From Thermodesulfobacteriota bacterium (lineage in GTDB: Bacteria > Desulfobacterota_D > UBA1144 > Nemesobacterales > UBA2774), in assembly GCA_965223335.1 (NCBI GenBank), contig OZ244991.1, forward strand, positions 1,760,001 through 1,824,000: a stretch of DNA of 64,000 nucleotides, given 5' to 3'. The notes beneath the pieces are model-generated. The model searched no databases and had not been told where the DNA came from. It saw only the letters and a list, made by a program, of their open reading frames with translations. Of this stretch, positions 10,769 through 19,742 are shown in pieces. The position numbers and the translations under genes are program-made. How positions within the stretch are numbered: the first letter of the stretch is position 1; each line of letters begins with the position of its first letter.

Positions 10769-11452
10769 TCACTTAGCATCTTTTGTGCCAACGTATAATA
10801 TAACCGCACCCATCATAAATTCTGTAAACTCTGTGTTTACGAACCCGGCCTCGCTCATAAGATCTGCGAAATCTTTACCCTGGGGGAATTCCGAGGTCGA
10901 TTCCGAGAGATACCTGTACTCTTTTTTGGTGCCGAATATCCCGCCCACCGTGGGCAATACATTCTTAAAATAGAGCAAGTAGATCGGAGCAAAGAGTCTC
11001 TGTGTTGGGATCGCAAACTCTAGTATACAAGCACTACCCCCGGGCTCAAGCACCCTGTTCATCTCTTTAAGCGAAACTAGAGGGTCAACTGTGTTCCTAA
11101 TACCGAACGCAATGGTAATTGCCCCAAACGATCGGCTAGTGAACGGAAGGCTCTCTGCAACTCCCTCCACCAGTGAAATCCTGGGTTCGTTAATAGAGCG
11201 GATCTTCTCTTTTGCAAGCACCAGCATTTCTCTACTCGGGTCAAGACCGACAATCGTGGTTCTGTCGGGTGATTTAGCCAGTTCGATCGCAACCTCTGCG
11301 GTGCCTGTGGCGATGTCGAGTATGACTTTAGAGGCGCCTGTGCTCTCACTCAGTTTTTTCCTCCAATAACTGTCCATCCCAAAGCTAAATAGCGTGTTTA
11401 GGGTGTCGTAGTGCTTCGCAACTCTGTTAAATAGGGAGACTGTGTCGGGCAT
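10769..11452 (-). CDS. ubiE: UbiE/MenG-family quinone C-methyltransferase
   Basis: F..VAKHYD.LN.LFSFG.D..WR, LDIATGT, ITIAFGIRN, RVLEPGG, YRYLSES. Confidence 0.88.
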   Translation of the reverse strand: MPDTVSLFNRVAKHYDTLNTLFSFGMDSYWRKKLSESTGASKVILDIATGTAEVAIELAKSPDRTTIVGLDPSREMLVLAKEKIRSINEPRISLVEGVAESLPFTSRSFGAITIAFGIRNTVDPLVSLKEMNRVLEPGGSACILEFAIPTQRLFAPIYLLYFKNVLPTVGGIFGTKKEYRYLSESTSEFPQGKDFADLMSEAGFVNTEFTEFMMGAVILYVGTKDAK

Positions 11453-11496
11453 GGTATGATTAGCCTTAGTGTCCGGGCTTATGTATAGAGAATATA

Positions 11497-12405
11497 TTAG
11501 CTGTTATTAATATAGCTGGATAACTCATTTAGGATACGTTTCATATGATCACACTTGTTTAAGACATAAAAGTGAATACCGGGAGCTCCTTGCTCTAAAA
11601 GTTCTTTTGCCTGTGTAATGCACTGAGCAATACCTATCTCTCGAGCTTTATTGTCATCGTCCAACGCACCGTGGAGTTTAGTCTTAAGCTCCTTTGGGAT
11701 GGTCGAGCCACACATGGATGTTATTCTCTCGATTTGGCGGGTTGATAAAATAGGCATCAGTCCCGGCAAAATCGGCACGTCTATACCCGCTTTTCGTACT
11801 CTGTCTACGAATTCGAAGTAATAGGTGTTGTCAAAAAACAGTTGTGTGATCACAATATTAGCCCCCGATTCGACCTTTCGCTTTAGGTTCGTTACATCGG
11901 TGTCTAGGTCAGGGGCGTCGATGTGTCCCTCGGGGTATCCGGCCACCGCGATCCCAAAATGGTTGCTTATATTTAGCCTGTTCTCGAAACCCCGTATATG
12001 CTCTACGAGTTCGTTCCCATACGAGTAACCTTCCGCTTCAGGTGTAAACGAATCCCTCCCGCCAGGGGGGTCACCCCTTATTGCGACTATGTTTGATATC
12101 CCTGCATCATAGATGCGCTTAAGCATCTCATCCAGCATCTGTTTGGTAGACCCAACGCACGTCAGGTGGCATGCGGATTCCATTCTATAATCTTTTTTAA
12201 TAAGTGCAGCAATCTCAACGGTGTTATCCCTGGTAGTACCCATTGCCCCGTAAGTGACTGTGATGTAGTCCGGTGCTAAATCCACCAGCTCTGGGATTAA
12301 CTCGCTTCGGAGATTTTGCATTCCCTTATGGGTTTTAGGTGGGAAAATCTCAAAAGAAATTACTTTTTTGGTGTCTTTAGGTTTAAAATAATCTTGAAAT
12401 CTCAT
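11497..12405 (-). CDS. metF: 5,10-methylenetetrahydrofolate reductase
   Basis: SFEIFPPK, VTYGAMG, HLTCVG, RGDPP, AGYPEGH, ITQLFFD, GIHFY.LN. Confidence 0.95.
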   Translation of the reverse strand: MRFQDYFKPKDTKKVISFEIFPPKTHKGMQNLRSELIPELVDLAPDYITVTYGAMGTTRDNTVEIAALIKKDYRMESACHLTCVGSTKQMLDEMLKRIYDAGISNIVAIRGDPPGGRDSFTPEAEGYSYGNELVEHIRGFENRLNISNHFGIAVAGYPEGHIDAPDLDTDVTNLKRKVESGANIVITQLFFDNTYYFEFVDRVRKAGIDVPILPGLMPILSTRQIERITSMCGSTIPKELKTKLHGALDDDNKAREIGIAQCITQAKELLEQGAPGIHFYVLNKCDHMKRILNELSSYINNS

Positions 12406-12535
12406 ATGAATAACTGTAGATCAGCAATTAATTTCCACTTAGTCTAAAGGTTTGTCAAATATTATAATAGTATATTGTTTCCGCATATACTAATGATGGT
12501 GGACCCGGCCTTGCAGATTCTAATCGTGGTGAGAC

Positions 12536-13180
12536 ATGACATTTAGAATGGACTTAAGATCACAGGTAAGTGCATTTAGACGATATATATTCACTCTGTC
12601 CGTATTTCTTTGTTTGTTGGGGTGTGGAGCAGCAAACGAGCTCTATAGCGAATTACCCGACCCCATAGGGGATGTTACAGAGTCCGACAGATATATTATC
12701 GGTCTTAAGTGGTACGAGTCAGGTGATTATGATATTGCCAGGAAGTTCTGGGCCCCTTTAGCCAAACAGGGGGACTGTGACGCCCAGTATGCACTTGGTT
12801 ATCTCTATTTTAGGGGACTCGGTGTGGGTAAGAGTCACAAAAAGGCTCTAGAACTCTGGGATAGATCAGCTAATCAGGGCAATGTACAGGCACAAACCAA
12901 TCTGGGCATAGCTTACTCTTGGCAAAAGATACGCAATTCGGCTTTGGACTGCACCAAGGGGTGTGGAAGCGATAAAGACCTTGTAGAGGCCTATAAGTGG
13001 TTTAAGATCGCCGAGAGCGGCGGTATACAACAAGAACAGGTTATAGCACGTCGACATCTAGAAAAAATACGCTATTTGATGAATATTGACCGTGTAAATA
13101 GCGGGGATTTAGTTGTATTAGAATGGAAACCCGAGGTTGTAGATTGTGGTAAAAGGGCAGTGCGAGTACTGGCCCATTAG
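12536..13180 (+). CDS. Sel1-repeat lipoprotein
   Basis: Hydrophobic N-terminus with LLGC lipobox; AQYALGYLYFRGLGV, AQTNLG, KDLVEAYKWF repeats; start uncertain. Confidence 0.75.
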   Translation: MTFRMDLRSQVSAFRRYIFTLSVFLCLLGCGAANELYSELPDPIGDVTESDRYIIGLKWYESGDYDIARKFWAPLAKQGDCDAQYALGYLYFRGLGVGKSHKKALELWDRSANQGNVQAQTNLGIAYSWQKIRNSALDCTKGCGSDKDLVEAYKWFKIAESGGIQQEQVIARRHLEKIRYLMNIDRVNSGDLVVLEWKPEVVDCGKRAVRVLAH

Positions 13181-13451
13181 TAATTTCATGTTTTCGATCC
13201 TTTTATAGGTGCTAAAAATAGCTGTAGCGGTTCTATTCATTACTAATTGTGATACAGATTACCCCGCTACAGATACAAGTATAGGGCTTACTGGTCCACT
13301 TGATACGGATACGACTACTTTCATATGGTTTTGTTGTATATTGCAATGAAAGCAAGCATTTAGATAATGCTTGCCTACTGAACCCATGTAACTTGCACAA
13401 ATTTCAATAAAAGTCGGCCCAGGGTCTATAATAATCCTGAAATAGGTATAT

Positions 13452-13470
13452 AATAATGAATTTGATTATC
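13452..13470. promoter_or_regulatory. Fur-like box 1
   Basis: AATAATGAATTTGATTATC, 14/19 match to GATAATGATAATCATTATC; just upstream of TTGACA. Confidence 0.7.
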
Positions 13471-13476
13471 AATTTC

Positions 13477-13504
13477 TTGACATTGTTCGTGCGCATGCTA
13501 AGTT
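13477..13504 (+). promoter_or_regulatory. sigma-70-type promoter
   Basis: TTGACA (13477-82), 16-nt spacer, extended -10 TGcTAAGTT. Confidence 0.65.
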
Positions 13505-13525
13505 GATAATGAAATCTATTATCAA
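13503..13525. promoter_or_regulatory. Fur-like box 2 over the -10/+1 region
   Basis: TTGATAAT-gaaatct-ATTATCAA perfect 8-bp inverted repeat; core 15/19 to the Fur consensus. Confidence 0.8.
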
Positions 13526-13543
13526 TATCTAGGAGGTTTAGTC

Positions 13544-14980
13544 TTGGAATTGTTTCGAACTATCTATACCTATAAGTATTTGGTGTTTTATTCTATATTT
13601 CTTCTTTTATTACTGCTTCCAGTGGATGTTAGAACACAGGAGACAGGCACTGAATCTCAGGATCAGAAGATAAAAGAGCTTGAGGAAAAGCTCCGGAGTG
13701 TTACCGAGGAGATCAATCAGCTAAAAAGCCAGGGCCTTCCGGAAGATAGACTCCTATCTATTGAAGAGAAACTTGGTATTCTAGCCGAAGAAATAGAGAA
13801 TATTAAATCAGCAGCTGTGGTTGAGGATCCGACATATGAACAGGTTTACGGCGCTGCGCCCGCAGCATCCAAGGTCTATTTAAAGGACAGGGGTTTATCC
13901 ATTGGGGGCTATGGAGAGCTTGTCATTGGACAGATCAAACATGGTAATGACGATGTGGTCGATGCCCAGAGGGTTGTACTATATTTCGGCTACAAGTTCA
14001 CTGATCGTATAATATTCAACTCGGAGATTGAGCTCGAACATGCAACGACTTCATCGAATGCAAACGGACAGTCTGGTTCTGTTTCAGTAGAATTTGCATT
14101 AATTGATTTCTTGTTAATGCCCGAGTTAAACCTTCGTGCGGGGATATTGCTCGCGCCATTCGGCATAGTAAATGAACTTCACGAGCCCACCACGTTTTTC
14201 GGTGTATTCAGACCCTCGGTCGAGAGGTTTATTATACCCACAACATGGCGCGAGAACGGTGCCGGGCTCTTCGGCGAGTTTGATCTCGGCTCTATGGGCA
14301 CCCTGTCATATAGGGCTTATGTGATGAACAGCTTTGATGCACGTGGATTCAAGGCATCTAACAACCGGGGGCTTAGAATAAAGGGTAACAGGGCCCTATT
14401 TAATGACGTTGCATTTGTAAGCAGAATTGAGTACGATCCGATCCCATATTTGGCATTTGGTGGATCTATCTTCTTGGGTAACACGGGGCAAGACCAGACC
14501 ATAAACGACCCCGACTCACCGTTTAACGGACAATCGTTCAGCGGGTTTTTCCAGATGTACGAAGCCGATGTGCAAGCCGAGTATAAAGGTTTTGAGGGAA
14601 GGGGGCTTGTGGTTTATACGACTCTGGGTGATTCTGCGGAGGTAAATGCACTAAATGGATTGGAAGGCGACGCTTCGGTAGGCAGTAGGCAGTGGGGTTA
14701 CTACCTAGTGGGCGGGTTCAATGTGCTGTCGTTGGCAAGCACTCCTAACCAGTACTTCCAATACCTGGCACCATTTGTGAGGTGGGAGCAGTTTGACACT
14801 CAGGCTCGTGTGCCGACCGGGTTTAGCCGCAATCCCGCAAATGACAGGTCACAGTTTACAGTGGGGTTAAACTACAAACCGTTACCCAATGTAGTAATAA
14901 AATCAGAGTATCAATGGCTTGACAATAAAGCAAACGACGCAGATAAGCAGTTTAACTTTGGGCTCGGCTATGTGTTTTAA
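13544..14980 (+). CDS. outer-membrane beta-barrel/porin-like protein with N-terminal coiled coil (TTG start)
   Basis: Signal peptide; RVVLYFGYKF, FNSEIELEH, NELHEPT.FFGV.RP, IIPTTWRENG; C-terminal FGLGYVF barrel signal; AGGAGG SD. Confidence 0.75.
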   Translation: MELFRTIYTYKYLVFYSIFLLLLLLPVDVRTQETGTESQDQKIKELEEKLRSVTEEINQLKSQGLPEDRLLSIEEKLGILAEEIENIKSAAVVEDPTYEQVYGAAPAASKVYLKDRGLSIGGYGELVIGQIKHGNDDVVDAQRVVLYFGYKFTDRIIFNSEIELEHATTSSNANGQSGSVSVEFALIDFLLMPELNLRAGILLAPFGIVNELHEPTTFFGVFRPSVERFIIPTTWRENGAGLFGEFDLGSMGTLSYRAYVMNSFDARGFKASNNRGLRIKGNRALFNDVAFVSRIEYDPIPYLAFGGSIFLGNTGQDQTINDPDSPFNGQSFSGFFQMYEADVQAEYKGFEGRGLVVYTTLGDSAEVNALNGLEGDASVGSRQWGYYLVGGFNVLSLASTPNQYFQYLAPFVRWEQFDTQARVPTGFSRNPANDRSQFTVGLNYKPLPNVVIKSEYQWLDNKANDADKQFNFGLGYVF

Positions 14981-15035
14981 AACGCGCAGCCGTGGCAATG
15001 TAATGCTAATTAGTCATATGGGAGTAATTATATAT

Positions 15036-15611
15036 ATGCATATATATAAACCACTAATACTAGGGGCAGTTTTAGGCTCTTTTCTTTTAACCTCTTTGTT
15101 CCTTTTTGTTCCACAAACAAACTCCAAAGTCTTCCTAAAACGCGACGAAGCCCTTCGGGTTGCGTTCCCCGAAGCTGACCGAATCAATAAAACACAGGTG
15201 TTTTTATCCGAGGGTGATAAAAAACAGATTGAAACACTGGCCAGGACGAAGCTTGATTCTAAACTCTACGTGTTTTACGAGGGTATGAAGGATAATCGTT
15301 CGCTTGGTTACGCAATCATCGACACACATTACCTGCGGACTAAGTCGGAGACCGTTATGTTTGTGTTAAACCCCGATGGATCGCTAAGATTTGCCGAAGT
15401 TCTTGCATTTTTCGAACCCCCCGAGTACATGATGGGTGAAAACTGGGTCGAGCTTTTCTATGCTAAAGGACTTGATGATTCCCTGCAAGTTGGTAAAGAT
15501 ATACCAAATATCACAGGTGCAACGATCACATCTACCTCCTTTGCACGTGCAATGAGAAAGATCTTAGCGATTTTTCAGGTTGCTAGGAACGAAGGTAAGA
15601 TAGATGTATAG
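15036..15611 (+). CDS. extracytosolic FMN-binding domain protein (probable start ATG 15036)
   Basis: N-terminal hydrophobic segment; F.EPPEY; NITGATITS matching the [S/T]GA[S/T] flavinylation motif; GGAG at 15021. Confidence 0.75.
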   Translation: MHIYKPLILGAVLGSFLLTSLFLFVPQTNSKVFLKRDEALRVAFPEADRINKTQVFLSEGDKKQIETLARTKLDSKLYVFYEGMKDNRSLGYAIIDTHYLRTKSETVMFVLNPDGSLRFAEVLAFFEPPEYMMGENWVELFYAKGLDDSLQVGKDIPNITGATITSTSFARAMRKILAIFQVARNEGKIDV

Positions 15612-15623
15612 GAACTAACAAAT

Positions 15624-16103
15624 TTGCGGTTCTTTATCAGCAGCGACATACGAAAAAACACACTACTTAAGCTTATTATACTGTTTACAGTCCTGTTTTT
15701 TATATTTTTATGGCTGACTAACCTACTACTGTACCTACAGATCGGTTTTAGTTACGAATCGGTTGTAGAGTATTATCTGGGTTCAGAGGAAAGTTTTCGG
15801 TCCCCAAAGAGCTATTTAGGGCTTTTAGAGGAGGCTCATTTTCATTTTTTCTCTATGGCGATCATCCTTGTTACACTCAACCACCTCTTATTATTCACTA
15901 ATATTAGAAATTCATGGAAATTAGTTATTATTTTGGCGTCTTTCCTATCTGCATTCGGTGATATCGCAGGCGGGTGGTTAATACGCTATGTGAGCCCTGA
16001 ATTTGCGTATTTAAAGATAATTTCTGTCATTGTGCTACAGATTAGCCTTGCCGCTCTTATGGTGCTTGTAATTCGTTTTTTGTACCAAAACGATAGAAGT
16101 TGA
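15624..16103 (+). CDS. small multi-TM inner-membrane protein with HxH..H in a TM segment (TTG start)
   Basis: About four hydrophobic segments; EEAHFHFFSMAIILVTLNH. Confidence 0.65.
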   Translation: MRFFISSDIRKNTLLKLIILFTVLFFIFLWLTNLLLYLQIGFSYESVVEYYLGSEESFRSPKSYLGLLEEAHFHFFSMAIILVTLNHLLLFTNIRNSWKLVIILASFLSAFGDIAGGWLIRYVSPEFAYLKIISVIVLQISLAALMVLVIRFLYQNDRS

Positions 16104-16215
16104 GCACTTTTTAACCACTTCCTGCAATATTATCCAATAATTGTTCTGAGTTAAGTCGAACGATCCTCAGTTACAACCATATTTATATCCCTCTATCAAG
16201 CATCAAAAATACTGA

Positions 16216-16281
16216 TGATATGACACAAATTGTAAGGTCATATCAGCCAATTTTTGTTATTTTTGACTGTATTTAAATACA
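16216..16281. promoter_or_regulatory. candidate upstream activator sequences for the sigma-54 promoter
   Basis: TGATATGAC-N12-GTCATATCA (16216-16245) and perfect palindrome TGTATTTAAATACA (16268-16281), ~75-140 nt upstream of the -24 box. Confidence 0.45.
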
Positions 16282-16353
16282 CTATATTAGTGTCAAAGCA
16301 AAATATGTAATGATAGCAGTATGTTGCAAATATTGTTTGCAGACATCAAAAAC

Positions 16354-16369
16354 TGGCATGGTAGTTGCA
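16354..16369 (+). promoter_or_regulatory. sigma-54 (-24/-12) promoter
   Basis: TGGCATGGTAGTTGCA; GG-N10-GC spacing exact, one mismatch from TGGCAC-N5-TTGC. Confidence 0.8.
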
Positions 16370-16410
16370 TTATTGTAGAGCAATATGTTTAGTTAGTTGA
16401 GTAAAAAAAA

Positions 16411-16507
16411 CCAAATCGAAAAGGGCAAACCATTCGAAAGGATGGGACGCAAAGCCTTCGACCTAAGTGTTGACAACAACATACGGTGGCCGGGTTGCCG
16501 AAATTGG
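16411..16507 (+). ncRNA. c-di-GMP-I (GEMM) riboswitch aptamer
   Basis: AGGGCAAACCATTC-GAAA-GGATGGGACGCAAAGCC..ACCTAA..ACGGTGGCCGGGTTGCCGA, close to the Vc2 core; P1 CCAAATCG/CGAAATTGG; G at the position-20 equivalent (16424). Confidence 0.92.
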
Positions 16508-16621
16508 GATCATGAAAGTTTAAAGTATTTGACCTTTCCTTAATTCCCAAAACGAGCGAAACGAGTTAGGCGAGTGTCTCCACAAATCGGATCAAGTAGC
16601 CCGGTAAATGGAGGCATTGAA

Positions 16622-18418
16622 ATGAGATTCACACCTAACACCTCAACGAGATCATTAGTAACAGGATTGATCTTAGTAGCATTAAGTTTTGTAAGTTTTG
16701 ACACTGCATTCGCAGGGACAACAGAACTCACACCCGTGGCAGATACATATGTAAATCAGGGTAAGGCTACAAAGAGCTATGGCTCAAGTAGCGAGGCAGC
16801 GGCTAAAGACCAGAAAAACAGAGATAAAGAAGTTCTGGTTAAATTTGATGTAAGTTCTTTAGGAGAGATTACTTCTGCTAAAGTAAAGTTATATGCAAAG
16901 AACAAAAAGGGTTCCAACAGAAGCGTTACAGCATATGCGATCAACGGCAGTTGGAATGAGTCGGTTACATGGAAGAACAAACCGTCCATGTCAACCAAGT
17001 CTTATGGTTCCGTTAAAGTTGACTCATCCGGCAAGTACTATGAGTGGGACGTAACAAGCCTGGTTAAAGACTGGGTAGCAGGTAACAAAACTAACCACGG
17101 TATCACACTTGTAGCCGATGGCGGAAACATCACATTCAGCACAAAAGAAAGCGGATCGAACAAACCTATGTTGGTTGTTTCGTCAGGCAGCACTGGCGGT
17201 GGTGAATCTGGTGAAGTAGCACCTTCTGAAACTGGAGTTTCTGATGCTCCTCTCGCTCCTGTAAACAAAAGAATCGTAGTTGTTGCACAGGACGGTAGCG
17301 GCAATTACACAAGCATTCAGAAAGCGATTGACAACTCGCGCCCCGGCGACACCATTCAGGTAAAAGACGGTGTGTATGTAGAAGCGCTTGATTTCAGGCA
17401 GAGTGGAACACGCGAAGAGCCGATTGCTTTGGTTAACTTCCCCGAGCACGCACCTGTAATCGATCCGGGTAACGGTCAGTATCCTCCATATGAGGGTAGT
17501 AAGCCAAAAGTGGAATTAAACGCAGAGTGGATCATCGTTGAGGGTTTCGAGATCAGATATGGCTGGGACGGTGTTAAGCTTTTCAAAGGGCACAACACAG
17601 TCAGGAACAACTGGATACACCACAACAGATATCAGGGTGTCCTAGTGTCTTCCGTAAATGATGTTCTCATAGAGGGCAACACTATCGAGTACAATGGTAC
17701 AGATGCAGGTGCTTGTTATCAGCCCGAGTGGGGTGGCGAGAGCCCGAAACACTGCCACGCTATCTATCTGAGTGATTACTTTTGCAACGGCATGACCAAT
17801 AACACAATCAGAATGAACGTACTTCGCAACGAAACAGGCGCAGGGATACTCATGAACGGTTTCGGCTGCGAGACAAAAATCACAAACACACAGATAGAGA
17901 ACAACATTATCGAGAATAACTCTTGGGGTATGTCTCTATACCATAACGCCGAAGACAACAATATAAACAACAACACATTCATCTCAGAAGAGCACCTGAA
18001 CCCCGACGTTTCCCACGACTTCATACTCATATACAAGAGCAAACACAACGTATTCACAAACAACATCTTCTACACAACTGACCCCGAAGTATCCGGTCTC
18101 AGAGGGTACACGGCAGAAACAGATCTAAACGTATTCGATTACAACGTGTGGAACGTAAAGAGAGACTGGTGGTACTGGAACGGAGAGGGCAGAAATGACT
18201 TCCGTTCGAAATACCAGAGCGTCTCTGGTGATGTAAACGGTCTTTGCTGTGGACATGATCCAAAGTTCATGGATATCGAGAACAAGGACTACCACATAGC
18301 AGCCGACTCCCCGGCTAGGGACAGAGGAATAAATGAACTATGCTCTAACTCGGATATGGACGGCGACGATAGACTAAGCGACCCCGTATGTGACGCAGGC
18401 GCTGATGAGGTAATGTAA
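16622..18418 (+). CDS. secreted protein: DNRLRE-like domain plus right-handed beta-helix (pectate-lyase-like) with choice-of-anchor-Q-like end
   Basis: Signal peptide after GGAGG; ADTYVNQ...VKFDVS...WDVTSLVKDW...KPMLVV; VAQDGSGNYTSIQKAID, Asn-rich repeats, DYHIAADSPARDRG...CDAGADE. Confidence 0.75.
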   Translation: MRFTPNTSTRSLVTGLILVALSFVSFDTAFAGTTELTPVADTYVNQGKATKSYGSSSEAAAKDQKNRDKEVLVKFDVSSLGEITSAKVKLYAKNKKGSNRSVTAYAINGSWNESVTWKNKPSMSTKSYGSVKVDSSGKYYEWDVTSLVKDWVAGNKTNHGITLVADGGNITFSTKESGSNKPMLVVSSGSTGGGESGEVAPSETGVSDAPLAPVNKRIVVVAQDGSGNYTSIQKAIDNSRPGDTIQVKDGVYVEALDFRQSGTREEPIALVNFPEHAPVIDPGNGQYPPYEGSKPKVELNAEWIIVEGFEIRYGWDGVKLFKGHNTVRNNWIHHNRYQGVLVSSVNDVLIEGNTIEYNGTDAGACYQPEWGGESPKHCHAIYLSDYFCNGMTNNTIRMNVLRNETGAGILMNGFGCETKITNTQIENNIIENNSWGMSLYHNAEDNNINNNTFISEEHLNPDVSHDFILIYKSKHNVFTNNIFYTTDPEVSGLRGYTAETDLNVFDYNVWNVKRDWWYWNGEGRNDFRSKYQSVSGDVNGLCCGHDPKFMDIENKDYHIAADSPARDRGINELCSNSDMDGDDRLSDPVCDAGADEVM

Positions 18419-18450
18419 TTAAAATAAGATAGACATAAGTATAAACAGAT

Positions 18451-18490
18451 AAAGGGGGTTAAGATCCGGACGGTTCTTAACCCCCTTTTA
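18451..18490. terminator. probably bidirectional intrinsic terminator between convergent units
   Basis: AAAGGGGGTTAAGA-N10-TCTTAACCCCCTTT 14-bp stem with short A and T tracts on either side; overlaps the GT4 stop. Confidence 0.8.
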
Positions 18491-19706
18491 TTATATCCAC
18501 AAGCTTGTCCACATTTTTAGACAGGCTAAATTTTTCATTCACCAACTGCCTGCCCTTTCGACCTAAACGTTTTCTCTCTGCTTTATCCCTATAGAGTGTT
18601 TCCAATGCAAAGGTAAGTGCTTTGGGGTCTTCGGGTTTTACCACGAGACCGGTTTCATTGTCGATCACCACCTCGGGTATGCCCGATATATCGGTTGATA
18701 CAACAGGGAGTTCCATTGCAAGGGCTTCGAGTATTACTGTTGGTATACCGTCAATGTCACCGTCTTCAGCAATTACACAGGGGAGTGCAAAACAGTCTGC
18801 AGCATTGTAATAATCTACAATTTTTTCTTGAGGAATGTCTTTATGGAACTCAACAGTATCGTCAAGCTTTAGATCGCGGCAAATATCAAAAATTACATTA
18901 TTGTAGGGACCATCTACATAGATTATTTGGCATTTAATCGGAATATTCTTATCCTTTAATATTTTTACAGCCTCAAGCAGGTAGTGAAAACCTTTTTTTT
19001 CTACCATTCTTCCTATGCTTAGTATTGTAAATGGTTGGTTTTTAGCAGTCTTTTGTGGATTAAATTGATTTAAATCTATACCTAAGTAGAGGACCTTGAT
19101 CTCCTCAGGATCCACACCCTTATATTTGTTTAGAATATATTTCTTGTTGAATTCGGAGATTGTGATTAAAGACTTGGATGCGTGGATCTTGTGCTCAAAT
19201 AGGTTGTCTGCTTTAAATATGTCCCATGCGTGTGTGGTAAATGTAAAATCCGATGAATTAATTGCGGCTACGATCCAGGCGCTTGTAGCGGGGATGGTAC
19301 CCCAATGTGCATGGATATTGGTTATTCCCATATTTTTTAGTTTTTCACTTATGAGTATTGATTTTGGGAAAATTGCCAACGTCTTTAATAGGGTTATTGG
19401 ATCATCTAAGTTCGAGATTATAATTTTTGATAGCAACCCAATAATAACTCTGGGTCTTGAGAAAAGTATTTTTAAAGTTGCTTTCAGTAGCTTGCTTGAA
19501 AAGATAAAAGGTATATAGTTTGTGGTTTGGTAAAGCTGCTTGGCATTTTCGTGCATAGCAGGGTCGGGGGATGGGGTTTTTAGTGAAAATACTTCTGCTT
19601 CTACATTTTTTTGCCTTAATTGATTGATCTCTCTGATTATGAATGTTTCACTGAATGCTGGGAAGAGTGACAGTATATATGCAATTCTTAGCTTTTGATC
19701 TTTCAT
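18477..19706 (-). CDS. GT4 glycosyltransferase (WcaL-like)
   Basis: FPAFSETFIIRE, HAHW, GRMVEKKG, DGIPTVILEA, PVVST.ISGIPE. Confidence 0.9.
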   Translation of the reverse strand: MKDQKLRIAYILSLFPAFSETFIIREINQLRQKNVEAEVFSLKTPSPDPAMHENAKQLYQTTNYIPFIFSSKLLKATLKILFSRPRVIIGLLSKIIISNLDDPITLLKTLAIFPKSILISEKLKNMGITNIHAHWGTIPATSAWIVAAINSSDFTFTTHAWDIFKADNLFEHKIHASKSLITISEFNKKYILNKYKGVDPEEIKVLYLGIDLNQFNPQKTAKNQPFTILSIGRMVEKKGFHYLLEAVKILKDKNIPIKCQIIYVDGPYNNVIFDICRDLKLDDTVEFHKDIPQEKIVDYYNAADCFALPCVIAEDGDIDGIPTVILEALAMELPVVSTDISGIPEVVIDNETGLVVKPEDPKALTFALETLYRDKAERKRLGRKGRQLVNEKFSLSKNVDKLVDIIKGG

Positions 19707-19742
19707 AGACTTGAATATGATTTTTCCAAAGTGAATAAGGCC

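Noticed and set aside
12406..12535. SAM/SAH riboswitch upstream of metF
   Set aside because: No recognisable aptamer consensus; the region looks like a plain divergent promoter
14919..15035. Longer start for the FMN-binding ORF
   Set aside because: It overlaps the barrel gene and would bury the hydrophobic N-terminal segment; ATG 15036 has an SD
16411..16507. cGAMP-specific (GEMM-Ib) assignment for the riboswitch
   Set aside because: The discriminator position is G, not A
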